Positions 47,619 to 61,589 of a DNA stretch of 64,000 bases are shown here, piece by piece. Origin of the DNA: the human T2T-CHM13v2.0 reference genome, Homo sapiens; NCBI RefSeq assembly GCF_009914755.1, contig NC_060925.1, one strand, 5' to 3'. The notes under the pieces are model-generated. The model was not told where the DNA came from and searched no databases. It worked only from the letters and a program-made list of their open reading frames with translations. Position 1 is the stretch's first letter, and every line of letters begins with the position of its first letter. A program made the position numbers and the translations under genes.

Positions 47619-48111
47619 TTTTATCCATTTACATTTCTGTTACTGGTTAATTAAAGTTGTGGTCACCTCACATCTGGCCAACACTTGATTTATTAGACTT
47701 TTAATCTTTGTCAGTATGGAGGATATAACATGAACTTCATTTTGTCTTTAATTTGCATTTCCTTGTTAATGAGTAGTTGAACATTTTTCACATTTATTGG
47801 GTATTTTTAATTTTTTTTGTGAAATGCCTGTTACGTTAAATCTATTACCCACTTGCTATTAGTTTTTTTCTTATTGAATTGTAGGCATTCTCTAAATGTT
47901 CTGAACAATAAACTTACCAGTTATAGATGGTGCGAATAAACTTCTCATTCATCTCTTATGTCTTCATAAAATCTTTGCATATGCAGAAGTTAATTGATTT
48001 TAATGTAGTTGAACGATAATAAATTTATCAGTCTTTTCCTTTATGGTTTATATTTTAACCCCCATTTTATTTAGGAAAAATTTCCTGGGCTGAGATCAGG
48101 AAGAGCAATTA

Positions 48112-48753
<642 letters not shown>

Positions 48754-49337
48754 TATATTATTTCCTAAAATCTTTATTGATTTTGCCTTTCACGTGTAGC
48801 TTTTGAATTACCCTACACTAATTTTTTATATGGTGTGGAGTAGGGAACTAATTTTATTTACTATTATAAGGCTAATAAATTACCTTACTCACCAGCATCT
48901 ATCAAATACTACCTCCTTTCTCCAGTAAGCTGCAAAGTTTCTCTATAACTACATCTGTAGGCATTTCCCCACATTCTCAGTTAATGTTTTCTTGGACTGT
49001 TTGTTTGTTTATTCCTGTGACAGTACCAAGGTGTTCTAATGAATGAGCTGTGTAATAATTCTTAATAATCTGATGGGACACATCCCTGAAAATTTTTCTT
49101 CAGGAATGTTTTGCCTATTCTTGCCCCTGTTTACATTAGAAATATCTTGGGAAGTTTCTGACAGAACAAAATCAAATAACAAAAATTTTTTGGGAATTTT
49201 ATTTAATTATCATGAATGTGTAGATCAACTGAGAGAGAAGTGGCATTGTGTCTTTCTATCCATGAACTTGGTATGTCTTTGTATTTATTTAAATCTTCAA
49301 TGTCTTTGAATACAATTTTATAATTTACTCTGTAAAG

Positions 49338-49903
49338 TAGCAGTCCCCAACCTGTTTTGGCACCAGGGACCAGTTTTGTGGAAGATAGCTTTTCCATGGA
49401 CCCAGGCGTCAGAGGGAGAGGCAGGATGGTTTTGGGATGATTCAAGCACATTACATTTATTGTGCACTTTATTTCTGTTATTATTAGATTGTGATATATA
49501 ATGAAAATAATTATACAGCACATTATAATGTAGAATCAGTGGGAACCCTGGTCTTGTTTTCCTGCAACTAGATGGTCCTATCTGGGAGTGATGGGAGATA
49601 AGTGACAGATCATCAGACATTAGATTCTCATAATGGGCAGGCAACCTAGATCCCTCACATGCATAGTTCACAATAGGGTTTGCGCTCCTATGAGAATTTA
49701 ATGCTGCTCTCCTATGAGAATTTAATGCTGCTGCTGATCTGACAGGAGGCACAGCTCAGGCGGTAATTCAAGCAATGGGGAGTGGCTGTAAATACAGATG
49801 AAGCTTTGCTTGCTTGTGGGATGCTGACCTCCTGCTGTGAGGCCCAGTTTCTAACAGGCCATGGACTGGTACTGGTCTGTGGCCTGGAGTTTGGGTACCC
49901 CTG
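49338..49903 (-). mobile_element. MER1A hAT-Charlie element, full length
   Basis: Termini agcagtccccaacc...ttgggtacccctg; 8-bp TSD ctgtaaag (49330-49337) and ctataaag (49904-49911). Confidence 0.88.
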
Positions 49904-52900
49904 CTATAAAGGATTATCATGCAAGCTCTTTATTTTATATTTTAGCATTTAAGTTTTATTTAATTGGATGTAGGGCAAGGTTGGGGTCCACTTTTATTCC
50001 TTAGATGAGTAGCCTATTGTGCCACCATAATCTTTTTATCACTGAACTGAATTAGCACCACTGAGATATATTTAAAGTTCTATGTATATTGGGATCTATT
50101 TTGGAATTTCTATTACATTCTATTAATATATTTATTTTTATATTGATGCCATATTGATTTTTATTATTTGTATATTTATTTGAAGGAGTATTTTTAAATT
50201 ACTGTGTATTTATTGGCTTTGTGGTATAGACATTTATCTGCTGGGTCAAGCCACTGTCTCAGTTTTATTTTTTGTAATTTTTGCTTTCCATTAAGCCACT
50301 AAATTTTAACATGATTTTATATACTTTCCAAAAATATTTTGTTGGACTTCTAATTGAAAATGATACATGTACATATATTACTTTTGGGCAGAATCAATAT
50401 TTTTATTATGTATTTGTTCTTACATACAATAAGAACAATAAGCCCAAATCTTAGCATACAGATCTTATTTTATGCCATTCACTAACATTTTATTTTCAAG
50501 TAATATTTATTGTGCTTTTTCTTGTATCAGTTGTTCTTTAGTACTTTGACAAATGTAAAAATTTTTATTTTTTATATTGAAAAACTTTTTTCATTTCTAG
50601 ATTCTTATTGCAAGAATAGTCAGGGTGTTACTTAATTCCCTTATTAAATCTAGTAGGCTTTTAAAATAAATTTGAATCTGTAGTTATGCATTATAAAGCC
50701 ATATCATCTAAAACTATTTTATTTCTTTTTTCCAGCTTCTTCACATTATATAATTTTAGTGTTTTGCTAAAATTTGTAGGACTTCATTAAATATTAAAGT
50801 AGTAGTGACTTTTGACTAATTCTTGATTCTAAGTAAAGTAGTTAATTTGTAGTATTTTGTCATTGGGGGCTGATTGTAGTTGGTTTCTGTCAAATAGGCT
50901 TAGGCTTTATTACATTAAAAAATATATGTTCCCATTCTACCTTGAGGAATGGCTGAATAATATTCATATTTATATATTGCTAGATTCAGTTTGCTAATAT
51001 TTTCCTGACAGAGTTTGTGTTAAGATTGGAGTTATAGCTTCATTAAATTTTTATACAATTAATCACTGAAATCATCTGGACCTAGATATTTCTTGGTGTG
51101 ATGGTTTAAAATTCTGAATTCACTTTCTTTAATAGATACAGCATTTAAAGAATTTTATATTTCATCTTGTGTCTGTTTTTGGTAGGTTGTATTTTTCAAG
51201 GCATTTGTTCATTTCATTTTTGTTGTTATTTTTAGACAGGGTCTCGCTCTGTTTCAGGAGTGCAGTGGCGCGACCTCAGCTCACTGCAGCCCCCACCTCT
51301 CATGCTTAAGTGAGCCTCCCACCTCACCCTCCCCCGTAGCTGGGACCACAGGCATGTGCCACCATTCCTGGCAATTTTTTTTATTTTTATTTTTTGTAGA
51401 GAGAAGGTCTTTCTCTGTTGCCTAGGCTGGTCTCGAACTCCTGGGTTCAAGCAATCCTCCTGCCTTGGCCTCCCAAAGTTCTGGGATTACACTGCTCTTG
51501 GCCTCCATTTCATTTAAGTCGTCCCTGTCTTTTGAACTGTAAGCGTTTTGTGGGGGATGGAAAGTAGCATCTCAATGCATTTCCCTGGTAACCAATGGTG
51601 TTGAGCATTTTTCAGAGTACTTATTGGCCTTTCCTAAATGTTGTTTTGTGAAGTGTATGTTTGAATTTTTGTCCATCTTAAAATTTGTTTGTCTTCTTTT
51701 TATGAAGTTGTAAGGATCCTTTTTGTTGTTGTTGTTGTTGTTGAGACAGGGTCTCAGTCAGTTGCCCAGGATGGAGTGCAGTGGTGTGATCATGGCTCAC
51801 TGCAACCTCAATTTTCTGGGCTCAGGTGATCCTCCCACCTCAGCCTCCTAAGTAGCTGGGACCATAGGCACATGCCACCACGCCCAGCTACTTTTTTTTT
51901 CTTTTTGTACTTTTTTGTAGAGATGGGGTTTCACCATGTTGCCCAGGCTGGTAGCGAACTCCAGGCCTCAAGCGACCTGCCCGCCTCAGCCTCCCAAATT
52001 ACTGGGACTACAGGCAAGAGAATCCTGAGCCTGGCCCAGGATTCTTCATGTATACTAGTTTGGATACAAGTCTCAATAGATAGACTGATAGAAACAGATG
52101 GGGCTATCTCTGTGTCTGTCTCCATCAGTCTACATCTGTATTTCTCTCTCCGTATCCATCCATCCATCCATCTATGCATTCATCTGTTCTTTGGATTGCC
52201 TTTTGTTGTATTGTTGGTGTTCTTTGAAAAGCACAAATTTTTAATATTGATGAAGCCCAATTTTATTATTATATTTTTATGGTCTATGCTGTGTTCTAAG
52301 AAATCTATCATAAGATCATGAAAATTTGTACTTGCTTTTTTTCTAGAAACCTTATAGTTTAGGCTTAGCTTTTATGCTTAAGTTGATGATCCATTTCAAG
52401 TTTCTGTATGTAGTGTAAAATAAATCTTTTTGTATATGGATGTCCAGTTGTATCAGTAACATTTATTGAAGATTTTTTTTTTGGATTGATTTACCTTGGC
52501 ACTTTTGTGGGAAGTCATTTGACCAATGTTTTTGAGTCTATTTTTGGACTTTTCTATTCCACAAATCCGTATGTTTATCCTTAGGCCAATATCACACTGT
52601 CTTGGTTAATTTAGCTTTATATTAAATCAGAAGTTTGGCTGGGCACAGTGGCTGACACCTGTAATCCCAGCACTTTGGGAGGCCAAGGCGGGCGGATTGC
52701 CTGAGGTCAGGAGTTCGAGACCAGCCTGGCCAACATGGTGAAACCCCATCTCTACTAAAAATACAAAAATTAGCTTTGCGCAGTGACGGGCACCTGTAAT
52801 CCCAGCTACTCGGGAGGCTGAGGCAGACAATTGCTTGCACCCGGGAGGCGGAGGTTGCAGTGAGCTGAGATCACGCCACTGCACTCCAGCCTGGGCGACA

Positions 52901-53035
52901 GAGCGAGACTCTGTCTCAAAAAAAAAAAACAGAAAAATTGTTTTGGCTTTTCATGTCTCTTGTAGTTACACATACATTTTAGAGTCAATGTGTAAATTTC
53001 TAGAATAATCCACAGAGACTTTGGAGTTACATTAA

Positions 53036-53320
<285 letters not shown>

Positions 53321-54079
53321 TGATCTTGAACTCCTGGCCTCAAGTGATCCACCTGCCTCGACCTCCCTAAGTGCTGGGATTACAGGTGTAAGCCCCTGTG
53401 CCCAGCCGCTAGGATGTTTATTACAGTATTGAGTAGAAGTGGTGAGAGGAGAGATTTTTAACTGTTTTTTTCAACTTAGGGGGAAAGTATTCAGTCTTAA
53501 ACTGTTAAGTAGGTCATGAGATGTTGATTTTTTTTTTTATAGATGCCCTCTCTCAGATCAAAGACCTTCTTTTCTCTTTTTAGTTTACTGAAAGATATTT
53601 TCATGAATGAGTATTAAATTTTGTCAGTTGCTTTTTCTCTACTTAGATGATCATGTTATTTTTTCCTTTAATGTGTTAATATGAAGATGAATTTTTAAAT
53701 ATTAAACTCACTTTGCATTTATGGGATAAATCTTACTTATGATATATTATTTGTTTTATATGTTTCTATATTCAATTTGCCAATATTTTAAGTATTTATG
53801 CTAATATTTTAAGCAGCTATGTTTGTGAAAGATACTGGCATGTATTTTTCATGTAATGTGTTTTCCTGGTTTTGGTCCCAGGGCAATATTGGCCATATAA
53901 AATTAGGAAATATTCCTTTCTCATATTTGCTTAAAGAGTTCATATAAGATGGGTTATTATTTCCTAAGTGTTTTATTTACTCAATTCACTAGTGGAGACA
54001 TCCGGGCCTGGGGCCATTCAGATTTTCTATTTCTTCCATGTCAGTTTTGGTAATTTTCACCTTTTGAGCCATTTCTCTA

Positions 54080-54312
54080 TCTGCACAGTCAGAGTCTGCA
54101 TCATCATGGAAATGTTCTTGTACACAGTTAAAGTATGGTAGCCACTGGCACCTGTGACTGTTGAGCACTTGAAATGTGATGGGTGCAGAACTGAAGTTTT
54201 AGTTTGACTAAATTTATTGCTTCTGGGCCTCTTGGCTAAGATCAAGTGTAATTTAATTAGAATTAAGTTTAAATAGTCAAGTGTCACGTGGCTACTGTAT
54301 TGCATATCACAA
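54080..54312 (+). mobile_element. MER3 hAT-Charlie MITE interrupted by the U2 fragment
   Basis: atcatggaaatgttct...atggtagccactggcacctgtgactgttgagcacttgaaatgtg...tttaaatag...gtggctactgtattg. Confidence 0.8.
54216..54250 (+). pseudogene. U2 snRNA 5' fragment (nt 1-35), 3'-truncated retropseudogene
   Basis: ATTGCTTCTGGGCCTCTTGGCTAAGATCAAGTGTA versus U2 ATCGCTTCTCGGCCTTTTGGCTAAGATCAAGTGTA, 32/35 identical; interrupts a MER3. Confidence 0.88.
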
Positions 54313-56077
54313 AGCTAAACTGTCATTTATTTTTGTAAAGTTGTTAATCATTCTTATGTATTGCCATCAAGTTAATAATATTTTAAACTGTATGGACCTC
54401 CAGTTGTTTATAATATTTTCTTAGTTTATTTTTAATTTCTATGAAATCTGTAGTCCCTTATTTCATTCCTGATATTGGTAATGTGTATCCTCCACCACTC
54501 CCCGTATTACTTTTTTTTTTTTAAAGACAGGTTTTTACTCCTGTTGCCCAGGCTCTAGAGGGCAGTGGTGCGATCTCGACTCACTGCCATCTCCGTCTCC
54601 CGGGCTCAAGCAATTCTCCGGCCTCAGCTTCCTGAGGATTACTGGTGCATGCCACTTCACCGGCTAATTTTTGTATGTTTTGTAGAGATGGGGTTTCACC
54701 ATGCTGCCCAGGCTGGCCTTGAATTCCTGGGCTCAATCAGTCCGCCTGCCTTGGCCTCCCAAAGTGCTGGGATTACAACCGTGAGCCACTGTACCCAGCC
54801 TCCCACATTACTTCTTAAAAAACATCTTTAAAAACTTTAATTGTAGTAAAATATACGTAAAATGAAATTTACCGTCTTCACCATTTTTAAGTGTACAGTT
54901 CAGTAGCATTAACTGTTTACATTGTTGTGCAATCAGTCTGTAGAATGCTTTTCATTTTGCGAAACTGAAACTGTACACCCAATTTCCCAACTCGAAATTT
55001 CTCTCTTCTTTCAGCCTGTGGCAATCACCCTTCTACTTTGTCTTTATGAATTCAGTTATTCTGTATGTTATGTAAGTGGAATCATGCAGTGTTTATCTTT
55101 ATTTGGACTGATTTTACTTAGCATAATGTCTGCAAAGTTCATCCATTTTGTAGTATGTGTCAGAATTCCTTTCTTTTTAAGGCTGAATACTATTCCATTG
55201 TATGTATATACCACATTTTATCTGTTTATCTATAGTTGGACACTTGGGTTTCTTCTACCTTTTAGCTATTGTGGATGAGGCTGCTATGCAGGAGGGTTAT
55301 TTTGGAACCAGTACTGCACCATGGTGGCTGGAAGTGGAATGTTTTATGATCAATATTTTAACTAGTGCCTAACTTACAATTTCTGTATGATTTTGAACTT
55401 AACTCAGAAATAGTTCTATAGAGGTGAGACGTTGTGGCTCACACCTGTAATCCCAGCACTTTGGGAGGCTGAGGCAGGTAGATCACCTGAGGTCAGGAGT
55501 TCGAGACCAGCTTGGCCAATGTGGTGAAAGCCTGCCTGTACTACAAACACAAAAATTAGCTGGGAGTGATGGCGTACGCCTGTAATCCCAGCTACTGAGG
55601 GAGCTGAGGCAGGAGAATCACTTGAACCTAGGAGGTGGAGGTTGTAGTGAGCCAAGATCATGCCACTGTACTCCAGCCTGGGTCACAAAGTGAGACTCCA
55701 TCTCAAAAAAAAAAAAAAAAAAAAGAAAAAAAAAAGAGAAAGAAATAGTTCTATAGATAATTTCCCTAAGTAGCTTTCTAAGCCTATTTAACTCAGTATT
55801 ATTTCTCTACCATAATGCCAGTTGTACTGTGTGAACTACACATAGCAACATTTCTATAGATGTAGTGTTAGCAAACCTTTTTCCTAAAGGGCCAAATAGT
55901 AAATATTTAAGCTTTCTTGGCTGTGGTCAACAAATATGACTTTTTGCATTCTCCTTATTCTTCTTTTTACAACCTTTTAAAAATGTAAAATCATTCTTAG
56001 CTTAGAGCCATCCAGAAATAGGCCCTGGATAAAATTGTTTAATTAGGACTTCTTCTATATATATGTATTTATTTTGA

Positions 56078-56406
<329 letters not shown>

Positions 56407-58040
56407 TAGTATGAGCTCTAGTAGAAGTGGTTTATTCTGTTAATGAACTTATGAGAGTAAAAAAATGAAGTTGTTATAAATTTACTGATGCCATTGAGGG
56501 AAAAAAAGTACAAGTTACTCTGTCTCTACAGTTATAAAGCCCTTAATAAAGGATTATTTTAACATTGCTTTCTTTTTTTTTTCCTGGATTATAAGGGGTA
56601 GCGTTAAAAATTAGGTTTAGGGCTTGAACAGATTCTTGTTTATCTGAATAGAAAGGGATATCAGCTAAATCTGCTGTGACAAGTGAAGAGAGAAGATGAA
56701 AATACAGATTTTTGTTTTATAAGTAACAGAACTATGTTACAGAAATTTTGGAATTAGAAGGAAGAATAGTAGGAATGCTTATGGGCCTAAAGATTGGGGT
56801 ATAGTTGGGTCATTGGTACCGTCTCCCCATATCTCTGTGGTATTGTGCTTCTGCAATTATTGGCAAAAATGACTTTTGTATTTATTATTTTGCTTATTAT
56901 GTTATTCTGCTTACAAAAGTAATATGCTCTTTGAAATACTGACATGTAATAAGATATGAAAATTTTACTCAGTAAGATGATAGTTTATTACAGTGATGTG
57001 CTTCAGTTTTAATAGACTTTTGACAGTTTTTAGGTAATTGCTGAATGTTTTATCAGTTTATATAGATACCTCTAATCTTCTTGATCATTGTTGCCAGAAC
57101 ACTAGAAATAACAGGGATCATTCTAAAAAGTAAAGTCTGTTGTACTTGTTCTCATATTGAAAAACAACGATTTGTTTTATAAAATGGTTTATACTGTACT
57201 TCAAAGTCATAATTTTTAAAGCCTTAGTGCGTAAGTTGACTATTAAAATTGGTAAAAATCAAACTCATTTCTATCAGAAATGTATCAAGTGTAAATATTT
57301 ATCACCTTTTGGTAAGCTATAAAATCAGATTGATCTAAATATTCCACTGGTTTCAAACTTTAAAAAAATTTTTGAAACACTGTTAGAAATATATTTTACA
57401 TTGAGACATATACATGTGTATTTCTGTGTGTACACAAACATTTCTTGTAGCATTACTTATTGTCATTCTATATGATACACTTCGCTTTCTGTTCTAGCCC
57501 ATTAAAAAAATACTGGTTCCTTAATGTGCCCATCCCTGCAACTTGAAAGAAGACTAAATTATTACATTGTAGTTATTATCTCGTTCTCATGCAGAGTTTT
57601 CTTTTGGCTATTGCCATATTAATAACTATGATTCTTTTTCAGTTTAGGATCATACATAAGAATTAACCATTTTTCTATTGTAAATGTGCTCTGATAAGAA
57701 TCACGGTCTGTCACTAAAGGAGAAAACTAGAGTGGCTGTTGAGGAGCATCTAGTAGTTTCAGACACAGCCACACAGTTCAGCATGCTTACCAAGATTTAT
57801 TGTGTTTGTTCCCAAACTTTATTAATACTTGCCATTGTAATTATATAAGTTAACATGTACATTTTTTTACACTAGTGAAATGTTACTTTGAAAAGTAAAC
57901 TGTTGTTTCTGTGAAAATTTGAGTGCTTTAGAAAAACTAAGCAAGTCAGTAAAAACATGGATGTGCAAGTGTCTTTACTTTCTCCCTCCATTTTAAAGAA
58001 ACTCAGATTGCAATCATGAAGATGGCCTATATGGTTGTGA

Positions 58041-58220
<180 letters not shown>

Positions 58221-58580
58221 TAGTAGAGACGGGGTTTTGCCCTGTTGGCCAGGCTCATCTCGAACTCCTGACCTCAAGTGATCTGCCTGCTTCAGCCTCC
58301 CTAAGTGCTGGGATTACAGGCGTGAGCTATGGTGTCCGGCCTGTGGTTTAGTTAAGAAAGACATATTAGTATAGCCATTATCAAAATCTTGGCTGATATT
58401 AAATGATTGGTAAATGTGCTTTTGTATGTCTCAAGTAAAAATAAATGTTTAAGGCAATTGTGTTTCATTTTTAATGATTTTTGGCTTTGACTGTTGAATT
58501 ACATTGTGATCTTATAAAGGGGTTTTTATTATTTAGGAAATTATATTTTATTGAATAGCAGATAGTCAGATCATCCCTTA

Positions 58581-58937
<357 letters not shown>

Positions 58938-59343
58938 TTATTTAAAGCAAATCACAATCACCTTGTTTTTGTTTTTCATTTTTTAATTTATATAATTTAA
59001 TTTTTGTTTTTCATTTTTTATATATATATATTTTAAAGACAGAGTCTCTCTCTGTCACCCAGGCTGGGTTCAGTGGCGCAGTCATAACTCACTGCAGCCT
59101 TCAACTCCTAGGCTCAAGTGATCCTCCTGCCTCAGCCTCTTGAGTAGCTGGGACTACAGGTGTGTGCCACCATGCCTGGCTTGTTTTTTAATTTTATTTG
59201 TAGAGACGAGGTCTTGCTGTGTTGCCCAAGCTGATCTGAAACTCCTGGGCTCAAGTGATCTTCCTGACTCCATCTTGAAAAAAAAAAAAAAAAAAAGTAG
59301 CAATCTCAGGGAATTGTTAGAGAACCATGATTTCTAAAGTTGA

Positions 59344-59577
<234 letters not shown>

Positions 59578-59703
59578 TAATCCGCCCACCCCACCCTCCC
59601 AAGATGCTGGGATTACAGGCGTGAGCCACCACACCCGGCTGAAATTACTATTAATACTAGTTTATTTCTGAAAATTATGCTTTGATTAAAAACAAAAATG
59701 TGC

Positions 59704-60752
59704 CCTTCCCACTCCCAGCACTGCTGGGCCTGCAGGTCTCTGTCCAGCTGCAGACAAAGATCTCTCTTCTGCAGGATGGGGTTTGTTAAAGTTGTTAAGA
59801 ATAAGGCCTGCTTTAAGAGATACCAAGTGAAATTTAGAAGATGACGAGAGGGTAAAACTGATTACTATGCTTGGAAACGCTTAGTGATACAGGATAAAAA
59901 TAAATACAAAACACACAAATACAGGATGATAATTTGTGTAACAGAGATATCATTTGTCAGATTGCTTATGCCCTTATAGAGGGGGATATGATAGTCTGTG
60001 CGGCATATGCATATGAACTGCCAAAATATGGTTTGAAGGTTGGCCTGACAAATTATGCTGCAGCGCATTGTACTGGCCTGCTGCTGGCCCGCAGCCTTCT
60101 CAATAGGTTTGGCATGGACAAGATCTGTGAATGCCAAGTGGAGGTGACTGGTGGTAAATACAATGTGGAAGGCAATCTTGGTCAGCCACGTGCCTTTACC
60201 TGCTATTTGGATGCAGACCTTGCCAGAACTACCACTGGCAATAAAGTTTTGGGTACCCTGAAGGGCGCTGTGGATGGAGGCTTGTCTGTCCCTCACAGTA
60301 CCAAACGATTCCCTGGTTATGATTCTGAAAGCAAGGAATTTAATGCAGAAGTACACCGGAAGCACATCATGGGCCAGAAAGTTGCAGATTACATGCACTA
60401 CTTAATGAAAGAAGATGAAGATGCTTACAAGAAACAGTTCTCTCAATACATAAAGAACAGCGTAACTCCAGACATGATGGAGGAGATGTATAAGAAAGCT
60501 CATGCTGCTATACGAGAGAATCCAGTCTATGAAAAGAAGCCCAAGAAACAAAAAAGAAGAGGTGGAACCATCCCAAAATATCCCTTGCTCAGAAGAAAGA
60601 TCAGGTAACTCAAAAGAAGGCAAACTCCCTCAGAGCTCAGGAGCAGGCTGCTGAGAGCTAAACCAAACAATTTTCTATGAGGATTTTTCAGATAAAGACA
60701 ATAAACTGATGGATAGCAACAACAACAACAAAAAACAGAAATCAAAAAAACA
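59704..60752 (+). pseudogene. RPL5 (uL18) full-length processed pseudogene (probably the locus called RPL5P4, recalled not verified)
   Basis: Pyrimidine-rich 5'UTR from about 59704; ATG at 59776 (MGFVKVVKNKACFKRYQVKFRR*); no introns; stop at codon 23 (59842-59844); 4-nt deletion after 59943; ORF 59934-60608 matches the RPL5 body ([11 protein letters not shown]..., [32 protein letters not shown]); further frameshift near 60550; TAA 60659-60661; AATAAA 60700-60705; A-rich tail; 16-bp TSD AAAAACAAAAATGTGC at 59688-59703 and 60753-60768. Confidence 0.97.
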
Positions 60753-61253
60753 AAAAACAAAAATGTGCAGGAGGAATATGTTAGAATATTTCACAATATT
60801 TATTTATATGATAGTTGAATTCCTTAGTTGGTGGTTATACCTTGAAATGATTCTTGGATATAGCATAGAATTATCAGTATACTGCTAAAGCAATGACTAA
60901 GAGGGACAAAGAATGGCGGTTGACTTTACCTCGAAGTATGAAATTTGCTTTCATTATAAAACAAATATTGTTCTTAAATTACTTAAAATAACTTTATTCT
61001 CCTTGTGCAAAATCTAAGTCTATTTGCATTTTACTGATCACAGTCTCTATTACACAAAGATTTTCCTCCTGAACTCACTGCTCTTTATTAGAGCTTTCTT
61101 GTAAGCATACTACAAAGCTGTAATATTCTCAATCTTAAAAAAAATTCTTATAAAAAACCACAAGTAAATAGGCTGGGTACAGTGACTTGCACCTATAATT
61201 CCAGCATTTTGGGAGGCTGAGGTGGGAGGATCGCTTGAGTCCAGGAGTTCAAG

Positions 61254-61317
61254 ACCAGACTGGGCAACAGAGCAAGACCTTGTCTCTACTAATAATTTAA
61301 AAATTAGCGCGCACGCG

Positions 61318-61358
<41 letters not shown>

Positions 61359-61431
61359 CCAAAGTCCAAAAAACAAAAACCAGACTGGGCAACAGAGCAA
61401 GACCTTGTCTCTACTAATAATTTAAAAATTA

Positions 61432-61477
<46 letters not shown>

Positions 61478-61497
61478 CCAAAGTCCTAAAAACAAAA
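61254..61497. repeat. Two-copy tandem duplication (125 and 119 bp) of an Alu piece plus (CG)/(CA)n
   Basis: accagactgggcaacagagcaagaccttgtctctactaataatttaaaaattagcgc(...CA)n gccaaagtcc.aaaaacaaaa occurs at 61254 and 61379. Confidence 0.92.
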
Positions 61498-61589
61498 ACC
61501 TCTATTAAGGGCCTCTGAATAGTTATCTCTGTTCCTTCAGTTCCTCTGAAGAATTATTTTATACTAGGATTCTCAGGTTATCTCCTCTC

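Noticed and set aside
49318-49752. 144-aa ORF with repeated AALNSHR
   Set aside because: Lies within MER1A; the repeat is the 24-bp duplication.
59865-60398. 177-aa antisense ORF
   Set aside because: Shadow ORF on the reverse strand of the RPL5 retrocopy.
59934-60608. 224-aa RPL5-like ORF as a functional gene
   Set aside because: It starts at a non-ATG codon created by the 4-nt deletion, lies downstream of a stop at codon 23, and has a frameshifted C-terminus; this is a processed pseudogene.
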